Virus record (IMG/VR): IMGVR_UViG_3300027742_000004
Coordinates: 1-46,428 of that record
Strand: one strand, 5' to 3'
Origin: a virus
Length of the DNA: 46,428 nt
Numbering within the stretch: the first letter of the stretch is position 1; every line of letters starts with the position of its first letter. Below the pieces are notes generated by a model. The model had not been told where the DNA came from, searched no databases, and saw nothing but the letters and a program-made list of their open reading frames with translations. The position numbers and the translations under genes were made by a program. Positions 13,976 through 25,900 of the stretch are shown here, piece by piece.

Positions 13976-16552
13976 ATGGTCCGTATTGTCCAAGGGTCGT
14001 TGAACGGCGGCATCATCTCTGGCGGGATGTACGCCCGGACAGACACCGAGAAGTTTCAGAAGGGTCTGAAAGACGCGGTCAACGTGTTCGTCAGGCCGCA
14101 AGGCGGGGTGTCCAACCGAGCGGGCTTCGCCGGCGCCACGCGTTTCGATACGTCGAACGGCGTGGCGTCGCAGTGGCTGCTGCCCTTCTCGTTCAACACC
14201 GAACAGACCTACCACCTCGAGTTCGCCGACGCGGCGTTCCGGGTGATCCGTAGCGGCGCGTACGTGCTGGATACGACGGTCGGCGAGATCGGGATCACGG
14301 CGGTGACAACGGCTGCCGCGGCGAAGATCACTCTGACCGATCCGCTGGACGCCGCGAAGTTCCCTGTCGGGTGCCTCGCGTATCTGACAGACCCCGCGGG
14401 GTCGCACGCGCTTCACGAGGCGTACGTACGCGTGACCGGAGCAGCAGGCGCAGACCTGTCGTTCGAGGTTTTCGACGGCACCGAGCTGGACACGACTGTG
14501 GGAGCGTGGGGCGCGATCGGCGCGGGGGCCGCGCTGCAAAAGGTGTACGAAGTGGCGCACACGTACGCGCTGGCTGATCTTCCTGACGTCGCGTACGCTC
14601 AGGACGCAGACACGATGTACTTGACGCATGACTTGTACCCGCCGCGCAAGGTCGGCAGGTTCGATCACGACGACTGGTTTATCTCGGACGTCGTGTTCGC
14701 GCCCAGTGTGGCGCAGGTGCAGACGGCGACGGCGACGATCACCGCGGCAACGAAGACGAACCCGGTGGTTGTGACCGCCGCAGCGCACGGTCTGGCGGAG
14801 GGCGACGGGTTCTCGATCGCGGACGTGGCAGGCATGATCGAGATCAATAACAAGGTGTTCACAGCCGGCGCGGTAACGACCGACACGGTCGAGCTGAAAG
14901 ATATGGCAGGCGAGCCGGTGGACGGCACCGCGTACGTCGCCTACACGAGTGGCGGCGCGATCAGCTCGCCCGGCACAGCGTACAAGCTGAGCGCCGACGC
15001 CGACCCGCTGGACCTTGTGACGTACAGCTACGCCGTCGCGGCAATCGACAGCGACACTTTCGGCGAAGGGCTGCCGACCGAACTCTTCACAGTTGACAAC
15101 GATCTCTTCTACAAGGGCGGCGTGAACTACATCGGATGGCGGGCAGTGCCCGACGCGTCGCGTTACGCGGTGTATCGCATGTACGCAGGGTCGCTCGGCT
15201 ACATCGGCACCACGGTGAGCACGGTTTTCACCGACGAAAACATCACGGCGGACACAGCGACAGGCGTTCGGCTCGATCGAAATCCGTTTGCGGCAGCCGG
15301 GGATTACCCCGCGGTGGTCTCGTTTTACGAGCAACGGCTCATTTTTGCGGCGACGATCAATGATCCGCAGCTGGTGGAAGCGTCGCGCGTCGGGGACGTT
15401 GAGAATTTCTGCAACTCGTACCCGGCGCTGCCGGATGATGCGTTCCGGTTCCGTGTGCGCGACCGGCGGGTGAACCATATCCGGGCGCTGGTGCCGGCGG
15501 AGAGCTTGACGATCCTGACGAGCGGCGGCGAGTGGGAGATCGCACCGCAAGGCGACGGCGAGTATCTTCGTCCCGACAAGCGCCGGTTGTCACCGCGCAC
15601 CAACTACGGATCGTCGGCGCTGCCGCCGCTGTTTACCGGCAGCGTGGTGCTTTACATCGAGCCGTCGAAGAACGTCGTACGGGACTACCGACCGAACGAT
15701 TTCAGCACGCCGCCGGGCGATCTCACGATCGTCGCGCGCGATCTGTTCGAGGATCGCGAGATCGTGTCTTGGACGTACGCAGCGGCGCCGCACAAACTGG
15801 TTTGGGCGGCGCTGGACGACGGTACGCTGCTGTCTATGACGTACGTGCCCGAGCATGACGTATGGGCGTGGACGCGGCACGATATGGGGACTGCGAAGGT
15901 AAAGCAGGTCAGCTCGGTGAGAGAAGGGAATGACGACGTTGTCTATGCGGTCGTCGCGCGGCAGTTGGGCGGTAAAACCGTGACGCTGACCGAGCGACTG
16001 GCGCGGCGTGAAGACACCGACATCAAGCTGGCGATGTATCTGGACGCGGGATATATCGCGGACTTTGGCGGGCCTGTGTCGACGGTTCAGGGGCTGCTGC
16101 ACCTGCGCGGCGAGACGGTGACCGTGCTCGCGGACGGAGACGTGATCGAGGGTCTGGTCGTCGACCAGACAGGGACTGTCGATCTCGGGACGCGCGCGGC
16201 GACAAACATCAGCGTCGGGCTGTCGTACGAAAGCCTGATCGAGACGCTCGACGTGCAGTTCGAGATCAAGAACTACGGCTCGTCGGACGGGCGGTACAAG
16301 GCGACCGCCGAGATGTCGCTGAAAATACGACGTACACGCGGTATCGAGACGGGCACGTCGCTTGACCGGATGCACGGTAGCAAAGAGTGGACGGCTGATC
16401 TCGTCGGCGGCCCGATCCCGTTGAAGTCTGAGACGCAGCTGGTGACCGTGTCCGGCGACTGGGACCGGGACGCGACGATGTACGCGCGTCAACGAAACCC
16501 GCTGCCAATGACGATACTCAGCATCGGGCCGGACTGGGAGGTATCAGAGTGA
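13976..16552 (+). CDS. Tail tubular protein B / nozzle (T7 gp12-like)
   Basis: 858 aa. The N-terminus ...FQKGLKDAVNVFVRPQGGVSNRAGF...QWLLPFSFNTEQTYHLEF fits, as do size and synteny. Confidence 0.7.
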   Translation: MVRIVQGSLNGGIISGGMYARTDTEKFQKGLKDAVNVFVRPQGGVSNRAGFAGATRFDTSNGVASQWLLPFSFNTEQTYHLEFADAAFRVIRSGAYVLDTTVGEIGITAVTTAAAAKITLTDPLDAAKFPVGCLAYLTDPAGSHALHEAYVRVTGAAGADLSFEVFDGTELDTTVGAWGAIGAGAALQKVYEVAHTYALADLPDVAYAQDADTMYLTHDLYPPRKVGRFDHDDWFISDVVFAPSVAQVQTATATITAATKTNPVVVTAAAHGLAEGDGFSIADVAGMIEINNKVFTAGAVTTDTVELKDMAGEPVDGTAYVAYTSGGAISSPGTAYKLSADADPLDLVTYSYAVAAIDSDTFGEGLPTELFTVDNDLFYKGGVNYIGWRAVPDASRYAVYRMYAGSLGYIGTTVSTVFTDENITADTATGVRLDRNPFAAAGDYPAVVSFYEQRLIFAATINDPQLVEASRVGDVENFCNSYPALPDDAFRFRVRDRRVNHIRALVPAESLTILTSGGEWEIAPQGDGEYLRPDKRRLSPRTNYGSSALPPLFTGSVVLYIEPSKNVVRDYRPNDFSTPPGDLTIVARDLFEDREIVSWTYAAAPHKLVWAALDDGTLLSMTYVPEHDVWAWTRHDMGTAKVKQVSSVREGNDDVVYAVVARQLGGKTVTLTERLARREDTDIKLAMYLDAGYIADFGGPVSTVQGLLHLRGETVTVLADGDVIEGLVVDQTGTVDLGTRAATNISVGLSYESLIETLDVQFEIKNYGSSDGRYKATAEMSLKIRRTRGIETGTSLDRMHGSKEWTADLVGGPIPLKSETQLVTVSGDWDRDATMYARQRNPLPMTILSIGPDWEVSE

Positions 16553-17019
16553 GCATTCGCATCGTACCGATTGACAAGCCTAACGACGCAACGCGCAGCG
16601 TGTCGCTGAGACTACGCGACGAGGACGTACACGAGCTGTGGGCACTGGGTCGGGTAGCGCCGAAAGAGGCTGTGGTGCGGTCGGTGCAGATGTCGACCGA
16701 GGCGTACGTGGTGATGGCGGACGATGAACCGATTGCGGTCTTCGGGGTGTACATCCCGGTGCTGGGGCGCACGGGTGTGCCGTGGTTTCTGGGGACACGC
16801 GAGGTTGACCGGCACGCGCGCGCATACGTGCGGATGGGGCGGAGATACATCGCGCACCTGCTGGATCGTTGCGACGTGCTGATGAACATGGCGTCTGCGG
16901 AGAGCACGACGTCGCTGCGCTTCCTATCTGCCATGGGCTTTGATATACACGAACCAGTGGTGCTGCCGAGCGGCGCACGCGCGGTGACCTTCAGCATGGA
17001 GAAAAACGACAATGTGTGA
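16549..17019 (+). CDS. T7 gp13-like / GNAT-fold-like virion assembly protein
   Basis: 156 aa in the gp13 position. The layout (...PIAVFGV...G.PWFLGT...N.....S..S.RFL.A.GF) resembles acetyltransferase-fold gp13-family proteins. By eye only. Confidence 0.4.
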   Translation: MSIRIVPIDKPNDATRSVSLRLRDEDVHELWALGRVAPKEAVVRSVQMSTEAYVVMADDEPIAVFGVYIPVLGRTGVPWFLGTREVDRHARAYVRMGRRYIAHLLDRCDVLMNMASAESTTSLRFLSAMGFDIHEPVVLPSGARAVTFSMEKNDNV

Positions 17020-17512
17020 ACCGACCACGCTAATGATCGCGAGCACAGTTGTCAGCACGCTGGGGACGATGCAGCAGGCGTCTGCGGCGTCTGCAAACGC
17101 CAAGTTCCAACAGCAGATCGCGCTGGATAACGCCGCGCGGACGACCGAGCAGATGCGCGACGCGAACGAACGCGGCGCGGATCAGGAGCAACAGGTCAGG
17201 GCCGAGGGTGCTAAGGTGCTCGCGAACACCCGCGGCGCGCTGGCGGCCAATAACATGGACCTGACAGTGGGCTCGCCGCTGGACACGATCTTGCAGACCA
17301 GCATGGAAGTCGAGCGTGACGCGTATCGCGTCCGTCGGAACACGCAGTACGAGGTGCGCGATCTCGAGATGCAGCGCACGAACCAGCTGAACCAGTCCAG
17401 CGCGTACGGCGCCGAGGCTAAAAACGCGCGCACGGCGGGCTTCATCGCCGGCGCGGGGACCGCGCTGAGTGGCGCGTCGGACGTCTACAAATATCGAGCG
17501 TCGATCGAGTAA
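17012..17512 (+). CDS. Internal virion protein (T7 gp14-like)
   Basis: 166 aa with an N-terminal hydrophobic segment (TLMIASTVVSTLG) and a helical, Gln/Ala-rich body. It sits in the gp14 position. Confidence 0.55.
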   Translation: MCEPTTLMIASTVVSTLGTMQQASAASANAKFQQQIALDNAARTTEQMRDANERGADQEQQVRAEGAKVLANTRGALAANNMDLTVGSPLDTILQTSMEVERDAYRVRRNTQYEVRDLEMQRTNQLNQSSAYGAEAKNARTAGFIAGAGTALSGASDVYKYRASIE

Positions 17513-17521
17513 GGGGCGGCA

Positions 17522-19936
17522 ATGGCAAGTGTACCGGAATATGAGCGCAGGGTTCAGCTGCGTGCGGAGAACCAGCAAGGTGTCAACGTACGCACGTCCG
17601 CAGACACCTTCGGGGCTCAGGTGGGCCGCGCGGCTGAGCAGGTTGGCGTCGGCATGGCTGACGCGGCTGCCGCGATCGACTACCGCGACCAGCTAAACGC
17701 TGACGCCGAGGCGCGCGAGGCGTACGACAACTACCGATACGATCAGCGCGAGGCGTTGCGTGCACCAGAAACCGGCTACCTGAACCGCACCGGCGGGAAC
17801 GCAGCGGGGGCGCAGCAAGACGCCGAGGCCAAGCTCGACGATCTCGACAAGCGCCACGGCGAGGGACTGTCGCCGCGCGCGCGCAAGAAGTATGACGCGC
17901 TTGTCGGCGAACTGAAGGATCAGGCGCACCAGAGCCTGCTCACGCACACGTCGGGCGAGAGCCGTAACTACATCGTGAACCAGCGTAAATCCACGATCTC
18001 GGGTTACGTGGAAGAAGCCGCGACCAACTGGAATGACGAGGCGCTGTTCGAGCGTAACCTCGGGCTGGCGCTGGCTGAGCAGACACAGCTGGCAAACCTG
18101 CAAGGCTGGGACGCCGCGTCCCAAGAGCGGGCGGCGGAGGAGCTGGTATCGCAGACGTTCCGACAGCGCATCATCCTAGCCGCGACGAACGACCCGATCG
18201 CAGCCAAAGAGCTGCTGGACAACAGCCGAGACATGTTGAACGCGGCTGATGAGCACGCGCTCGACACCAACTTGAAGCAGCTCGTGATCGACGCTAAAGC
18301 GACGCGCGCGGTGCAGCCGTTCGTCCGCCGCGGCGGCGGCGGCGCAGACCCGTACCTGAGCTCGGTGACGCGTGCGGAAAGCGGCGGTAACCCGAATGCG
18401 GCAAACAACAAGGCAAATCCCGGCGTCGCCGCGGCTGACGGGAGCGCGTCGTCTGCGCTGGGGCCGCACCAGTTCCTGCGCGGCACGTACCTTGGGACAG
18501 TAAAAGAGCTGCGCGCAGCCGGGGGCGCCAAGTGGGCCGAAGGTTTGACCGACGACGAGATCGCGGCAACGCGTACGGACACCGCGAAAGAAGGTGAAGT
18601 CTTCACGTTCTTCAGAGAAGGTAACCAGAAGCAGCTGCGCGCCGAGGGCTTCGAGGTGACGCCGGTCAACGAGTACGCCCTGCATCACTTCGGTGACGGC
18701 GGCGGGCTGGCGCTGCTGAGGCTCGCCCGCGGCAAGCCGGGCGCAGACCTGCTGGAAGTCTTCGGGAAAGGGTTGGACGCGGTGCTGAAGGCCAACCCGC
18801 AGTTCAAAGGCAAGACCGCTGGCGAAGCGTACGACTGGCTCGCAAGTCACTTGGGCGCGGACGCGAAGCAAGCCGCGGGGGCGCCGTACTTCGACGGGCG
18901 CGCGGCGATCCAAGCCGCGATGGCAATCGAAGACCCCGAGGTGCAGGCCGCGGCGATGCAGAAGATCGCCAACATGATGGCGATGCAGGACCGGGCGAAC
19001 GCACAAGACCGTGAGAGCGCGCAGAAGGAAGCGTGGGATGGCTACGTGCAGACCGGCGCTACGAACCTGCCGCTCGAGATGCGCAGCCGCATGGGGCAGG
19101 CAGGGTGGGTCGCCTTCCAGAACGCTGTCAAGAACGACCAGCAAGGGGTCGACGTGACCGACGAGCAGACGTGGGAAAATCTCACACGCGCGGCGTCGGA
19201 CCCGAAGAGTTTCGTGGAGATCAATCTCGAGGCGCACCGCGCGAACTTGACAAAATCGGACTACCGCAGCTTCGTACTGGCGCAAGAGGCCGCGCGCGCA
19301 GCCCTGTCTAAAAAGGCGCTCACTACTGAGCAAGCACGGGACAATATGAACTTCGCGAAAATGTTCACCGCGGCAGAGCCGGTGTACGAGGCGATTGTCG
19401 ACAAGACGGCACCGGCGAAACGCTCGCAGGAGAAGCGTCAGCAGAAAGTTGAGTTCGAGCGCAGCCTGATGCAGTTGGCGAAGGAGTTCTTCGATCGCGA
19501 GAAGCGCGAGCCGAACACGGACGAGGTGCGGCAGATGGCGGCGGTAATGACGCTGCCGGTTGAGTTCTACCGCCCGGACGCAGGTTTCTGGGGCGGCGGG
19601 CCCGATGGGGTCAATGAGCTCGGCTCGGGGGCACTGTTCCAAGCGGCCCAGCGCGGGTCGGACGTACGGTACCGCATCGCGGTCGAGTACGACGACATCC
19701 CTATCGCGGATCGGGCGGACATCGCAGCGCAGCTGCTGCGCACCACCGGGGCGCTGCCGTCGGAGGAAGATGTCACGGAAGTATACGAGCAACGCCAGCT
19801 GATGAGCGTCGGGCTGCCGCCGCATGTCGATGTCAGCACGGTACCTGAGTGGTTGAAAGAGGCCGAGAAGGGTGTTAATCCTGACGTCACCGACGACGAA
19901 TTGGTGGAGCTGTACCAGCTGTACCTGATGAAGTAA
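17522..19936 (+). CDS. Internal virion protein with a lytic transglycosylase (SLT-like) domain (gp15 position)
   Basis: SVTRAESGGNPNAANN...SSALGPHQFLRGTY matches the SLT catalytic E-S and G-x-x-Q blocks. 804 aa, between the gp14-like protein and the giant ORF. Confidence 0.65.
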   Translation: MASVPEYERRVQLRAENQQGVNVRTSADTFGAQVGRAAEQVGVGMADAAAAIDYRDQLNADAEAREAYDNYRYDQREALRAPETGYLNRTGGNAAGAQQDAEAKLDDLDKRHGEGLSPRARKKYDALVGELKDQAHQSLLTHTSGESRNYIVNQRKSTISGYVEEAATNWNDEALFERNLGLALAEQTQLANLQGWDAASQERAAEELVSQTFRQRIILAATNDPIAAKELLDNSRDMLNAADEHALDTNLKQLVIDAKATRAVQPFVRRGGGGADPYLSSVTRAESGGNPNAANNKANPGVAAADGSASSALGPHQFLRGTYLGTVKELRAAGGAKWAEGLTDDEIAATRTDTAKEGEVFTFFREGNQKQLRAEGFEVTPVNEYALHHFGDGGGLALLRLARGKPGADLLEVFGKGLDAVLKANPQFKGKTAGEAYDWLASHLGADAKQAAGAPYFDGRAAIQAAMAIEDPEVQAAAMQKIANMMAMQDRANAQDRESAQKEAWDGYVQTGATNLPLEMRSRMGQAGWVAFQNAVKNDQQGVDVTDEQTWENLTRAASDPKSFVEINLEAHRANLTKSDYRSFVLAQEAARAALSKKALTTEQARDNMNFAKMFTAAEPVYEAIVDKTAPAKRSQEKRQQKVEFERSLMQLAKEFFDREKREPNTDEVRQMAAVMTLPVEFYRPDAGFWGGGPDGVNELGSGALFQAAQRGSDVRYRIAVEYDDIPIADRADIAAQLLRTTGALPSEEDVTEVYEQRQLMSVGLPPHVDVSTVPEWLKEAEKGVNPDVTDDELVELYQLYLMK

Positions 19937-19950
19937 CGACAGGAGCAGGC

Positions 19951-22900
19951 ATGGCCGACGAGCGCGACGAGTATCTGAAGTGGCGCGAGGCCGACAAGGT
20001 CGAACGCGGTGCGACGACGCAGGCTGACGACTACAACGCGTGGCGCGAAACTCAGCGAGACAGCGCAGCACAGAAAGCCTTGCTAGCGATCGAGAGCGCC
20101 AAGCCTGCGCCCGGCGCGGTCGCGGCGATCGGGCGCGCGAGCGACGCGACCCAGATGGGCTACGAGCTGCCGGCAGACCTGCTGACCGACGATGCGTCGG
20201 AGCTGACCAAGCGTGTCGAGCGCAACACTCGTATGCAGCAGCTGCGCGCGTCGTCCAAGCTGGCAGAGTGGGTGGCTGAAGACCCGATCAACGCGGCGCT
20301 GGCGCAGAGTGAGCTGCGCAGCTTGTCGACTTTGGGCGGCCTGTTGCAGAGCACCGCGAAGGTCGGTGATCGTGTGACGCGCGGGTCGTTCTACAAGGTC
20401 AAGGCCGACCGCGCCGTGGCGACGCTGGATGAACTTCAGACCGTGCGCGCGGACAAAACACGATCCTTCGGCGGGATCGTTGACGATCTGAAAGATGAGA
20501 TCGACACGACGAATGTGGACGCCAACCCGCTGTACACTGTCACGAAGACGTACGCGAAAGCGTTGAGCCGCTTCGCGTCCTCGCGTCTCATGTTTGCTGG
20601 CGACGAGCAGCTCGACGCATACGAAAAAGAGCTTAGCGGCTACGTCGACAAGGCGCTCGCTGAGCGAAGCGGGTATCTTGAGAAGCTGGAACGTGACTAC
20701 GGGATGTCGGCACGTGTGGCTCGTGGTCGGCAGACCATCCAAGACATCGGCGAGCTCGAGGGTGTGGGCGCGCAGCTGTCCGGGCTCGGCGAGTTCATTG
20801 TCAACGATCCGGGCGCCTTCAGCGAGTGGATGGCAAACGTGCTGATCGACAGCTCGCCGGGGCTCGTGGCCGGTGCGGTGGCGACGCGAGTTACCGGGAG
20901 CCCGGCAGCGGGTGCGACGGCGATGGGCCTCACCTCGTACAGCATGAGCAGCAGCAGCGCGTACGACCAGTTCGTCCGCGAGGCCGGGTACGACCTGAGA
21001 GACCCCGAACAGCGCGCGGCCTTCGTGAATGACCCGGCGGCACGCCGCAAGATGAAAGATCGCGCGTTCGCGTACGGCGCGGTTGTCGGTATTATCGACG
21101 CGGCGTCGGGCGGCGTCGCCGCGAGTACGCTCGCGAAAAATGTGTACGGCGAACATATCTTGCAGGCCGTGACGCAGGCGGTGATGGGCAGCAGCGGCGA
21201 GTTGCTGGGGCAGCTGGCGTCGGGACAAGACATCAACATTATCGAAGTCGCGATTGAGGGGCTCGCTGAGTTCGCGACCGCGCCGCTGGAAGCGACGTTT
21301 GTCGGCGGGCGTTACTTGCAAAACTTGCGATCCGCGCGGCAGGATCAGCAGTTCTTCGAGGCGCTGGCGACCTCGGCGGCGGGCAGCGACATGCGCAAGA
21401 AAGTCCCGGCCAAATATCGCGAAGCCGTCGCTAAGCTGACCGCGGACGGCCCGCTCGAGACGCTGTTCGTGGATGCGCAAGGGTTGGACGAATTGTTCCA
21501 GAGCGATCCCGAGGGGGTGACCGCTGAGCAGTTTCTCTCGGCTGTCCCGAATGTTGACATCGCAGCGTTCCGCCGGGCGCTGACCGATGGGGGTGTGGTC
21601 GAGATACCGACGGCGTCGTACGCGTCTGACATCGCGGGTACGCGCTTCGACGAGCTGGTACGCGATCACCTGCGCACGAAACCGGAAAACATGAGCGCGG
21701 CGGAGCTGCGCGCGTATCGTGCGCAGCTGGAAGAGCTGTCCGCACAGGCGCAGCAGGCCGCCGAAGCCAGCGAGAGCGGGCAAACCGAGCTCGAGAAATC
21801 CGCGGAGACGGCACGCGTTGAGCTGGTGTCTGCGCTGCGCCGGGCCGGACGAGCGCCCGACATCGCTGAGCGTGAAGCACTTCAGGCGGTCGCGTTCGCG
21901 CGCACACTGTCGGCGCGTCTCGGTATCACGATGGATGCGTTCTTGCAGCGGTATCCGCTGGCGCAGGTGCAAGGGGTGCTCGAAGCGTCGGGCGGTCAGG
22001 TATCACGGGTGACCGCGGACGCGATGGCCCGCGCGCGCTCGGGCGACGTTAATGATCCTTTGGCGACGGTGTTGAGAGGCGCGGCGGAAGCTGCGGGTCT
22101 CGATCTCGCGACGGCTGAGCCGGCTGAGCTCGAGGCGGCGGTCGAGCAGGTGTACGGTCCCGCAGCGGGCCCGGTCCTGCTGAACCAGATCGGAGCGCCG
22201 ACGGTGACCGGGCTGGACGGCGCGATCACGCCGGACTTCCTGCGTAGCGACGGGTGGGGCGTGGTCACGGCGGCGCGCGGCGTGGAAGCCGACGCAGAGC
22301 AGAACGCGGCGCTCGAGGCTGAGCTGCGCGAGCGGGGTATCCAATTCAAGACGATGTCCGGCATGTACAAAGGCACGCCCGACGGAACGTCGTACATGAT
22401 CTTCGCCGACGCGGCGACCGTACGCGAGCTCGGCGCCAAGTACGGGCAGGAGAGTGTGCTCACGAACGAAGGTCTCGTCTACATGGATGGATCGCCGTCG
22501 ACCGCGCTCGACCCCGACGATCTCGCGATCGGTGACGACGCGACCGCGCGCGAGTTTTACTCGGTCATGGACGACGGTACGGCGTGGTCGGCGGGGTTCG
22601 CGGAAGAGCTGACGCAGGGTCCGGTGTATGATCGTGCGAAGATCGAAGCCCGTGCGGCGGAGCTCGCCGCAGAGATGCAGCCGCTCGCGGGGGCGCCGCG
22701 CGTCCAAGGTGCCACGGGACCGGACCCTATGCTGGTCGCGGTCGCCGAGGCGTACGCCGAGGCAAACGGCATCAGCTACCGTAGGCAGGCTGAGTTCGTG
22801 GAAGTCGATGCTGAGCGCGGCGAGCGGATCGCGGCGGCGTTCGAGGCTATGCCGGCGACGCCCGATCAGAAGTTGACGCAAGCCGCGTACAAACAGCTGA

Positions 22901-25900
22901 TCGAGCAGACCCGTGCGCAGTACGATGCGCTCGTAGCCGCGGGCTACGTGTTCTGGTTCTTCGACCCGAACAACGACCCGTACAAAGGCAACCCGTGGGG
23001 GGCGATGCGTGACCTGCGCGCGAACCGCAGCATGGGCGTCTACCCGACTGACGACGGCTTCGGGACCAGTGATCTTGACGTATCGCAAAACCCGCTGCTC
23101 GCGGACACCGGGCTCGAGTGGGCGTACGGCACGCCGGACGGCGAGACTCGCCCGGTGACGGCGAACGACCTGTTCCGTGCGGTCCACGACGCGTTCGGGC
23201 ACGGCGTAGAAGGCGCGGGCTTCCGTGCGCGCGGTGAAGAGAACGCGTGGCAGGCGCATGTCCGGTTGTTCAAGGGCTGGGCGATCGCCGCACTAACCAC
23301 GGAGACGCGCGGGCAGAACAGCTGGCTGAACTACGGGCCGCACGGTGAAGCGAACCGGACGGCGGCTGTGGACGAGACGGTCTTCGCGGACCAGAAAGCC
23401 GGGCTGTTGCCTGAGTGGGTCTGGAAAGAGGGGATCGCAGAAGACGAGATACCCACGGTTCCGGTCAACGGAGACGGCACTGTCACACTGGTACACTGGT
23501 CTGACGAAGTGCGTGACACGATCGACCCGGCGCAGGCCGGGACGGGGCCGCTGCGCGGCGTCGAGCGCAACCGTCGGGGACCGAACAAGGCGTTCTACGG
23601 CGTCAGCGTCGGGCGTCCGGGCGGGTACCGCAAAGAGAACCTTGGTCCGATCCGGCACGAGGTGCGTGTAGCAGCGCGCGACCTGTACGATCTGGCGCGC
23701 GATCCCGACGGGATCGTGGGGCGTATCCCCGATGATCTGCCCGCGGCGCAGCGCGTAGGCTGGGTCGAAGAACAGATCGCCGCCGCGGGGTTCCGTGGCT
23801 ACGTAGTGACGAACAGCTCGCAAGGAGCGACAGCCGCGCTTTTCGACGCAGCGACGCCGGACAGCGTACGGGACGACCGTACGGTCGAGCTGTTCCAGTC
23901 CGGCGCGCAGCCGGACTTCTTCAGCGCGTTGACACAGCAGGTCGCGCTCGCGAAGCAGAAGAGCGCGACCGCGAAAGACTGGAAGGCGATCATCGGGAAG
24001 CTGCCCGGTATCAAGAAGGCCGAGATCGAGTGGTCCGGCGTGTACGACTGGTTGGACACCCAAGAAGGGCAGGTAGCGCGCGAGACGGTTGCGGCGTTCC
24101 TGCGGAATAACGAAGTCGAGGTCGAGACGTTGCTGCGCGGCGGCGGGGACAGCTCGTTCGAGATATACGAAGACGGCTACGATACCAAAGACCCGGACTA
24201 CGCTTGGCTCGCGACGGAGACGGAAGAACAGCTCGAATTTTTGCGGGAGCAGTTCGTCGACAAGATGAACGATCCGACCAACGAAGACTTCGAGGGCACC
24301 GATTGGACAGTGGCCGACATCCCCGAGGCGGACGCAGAAGTCTTGGAGGAGCGCGCGCACGATAATGCGTACGACGCGTACTATGAAAGCGCGGACCTCG
24401 AGTACAGGTTCACCATCACAGACGAAGAGGGCGATTACCGCACAGAGGTGGTGACGCGCAGCGGCACGGACGGGTCGTACGAGTGGGAGGGCGACACATA
24501 CCGGAACGAGGACGAGCTGCACGAAGCGTTCCGCGAGCGGTACAGCACGGTCGGCGAGGGCTTTGTCGGCGAGGCCAGCTGGGGAGAGTGGGTCGAAGAC
24601 GGCGGCGAGAACTACCGTGAAATTTTGCTCACGGTGCCGTTCCTCGAAGACCGGGGACCGAACGCGCTGCGCGAGCGTGTGCAACCCTTCGTCAACAAAA
24701 ACCACTACGACAACCCGAATATCGTCGTCCACGCGCGGGTCAACGATCGCCGGGCGGCGGACGGAAGCCGTGTCTTGTTCGTGGAAGAAGTGCAGTCGGA
24801 CCTCGGGTCGTTCTGGCGCGGAAAGGAAGTGCCGACGCGTGAGCAGCTGCGGCGGCTCGAGGCGGCGCGGATCGCGTACGAGGACGCGACAAACGCGCAA
24901 GTGGAGGCGCGAGCGGCGCTGTGGGACGAGGTAGAGCGCATCGCTGCGCTACCCGGCACGCGGCTAGACACAGAAAAAACGAGCAACGCAGCGCGACAGC
25001 TTCACGATCTTTGGGTGTATCGTTACGCGCCGAGCGACAGCGTAGAACGCGCGGATCAGGAGTTCTACGCCACCGGCCCCGCTGCGGCGCAACGACGGCT
25101 GCTGGATGCCGCGTTGCCGCAGCGCGGCGACGCAGAGTTTGACGCTGTGCTTGGTAGGTACCAAGAGCTTAACGAAGCCCACGAGGCGGCGGTCGCGCGC
25201 GGCAACGAGGCGGCGGCGGAGCTTTCGCGCGCACGAGACAAGACACGGAATAGCCAGCCCATGACGCCTTTCGAGGGCGAGGCGTATTACGCGCTGATGA
25301 TGAAACGTCTGCTGAAGATGGCGGCAGAGCAGGGCGCGGACAAGCTGGCGTGGACGCCGGCGTACATGCAGGCGCGGCGCTGGTCTGGCGCGGTGCAAAA
25401 CGTAATCAACGAAATCCGCTGGTCTGGCGACGCTACGGCTGAGTTTGACACAGAGACGTCGTCCGTGGCCGATCTTAGAGCCTCGCTGGCGACGCGGGCG
25501 GAGGCGCAACGGGTGCTGATCGACGCGATGCGCGACGAAGTTATGCGCGAGGGCGGTATCCCTGAAGCGGCGCGCGGAGCCGTGCGTGTCGAGAGCACGT
25601 CGTACGACGTTGCTGAGTTCGTGCTGTCGGAGGACGAGACCGTCGAGCCGGACCCGGCGGACTACAGCACGACGTTCGTGGCAGCGGTGCCGGTCTTCCG
25701 CGCGGCGCTGGCCCGGTTGCGCGACCAAGCCGCCCCCGCGGCAGTCACGTTTGATGAAGCCGCAGCGTCGGCGCTGACCGCGGCCAAGACGTACTCGGAA
25801 CGCACGCGAACGACGGTTCGCACGCGCGAGGTGGTGTTGGACGGCGTGAACGGAACGGACGTGATCTCTGTTCGTACCGACACGGGCGAAGTCGTTTCCG

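Noticed and set aside
10426-15550. Very long minus-strand ORFs (656 aa at 10426..12396 and 934 aa at 12746..15550) antisense to the capsid and tail genes
   Set aside because: Their products are Arg/Val/Gly/Pro-rich with low complexity and no motifs. The opposite strand encodes recognisable capsid, decoration and tail-tubular proteins. Long antisense ORFs are expected in GC-rich DNA.
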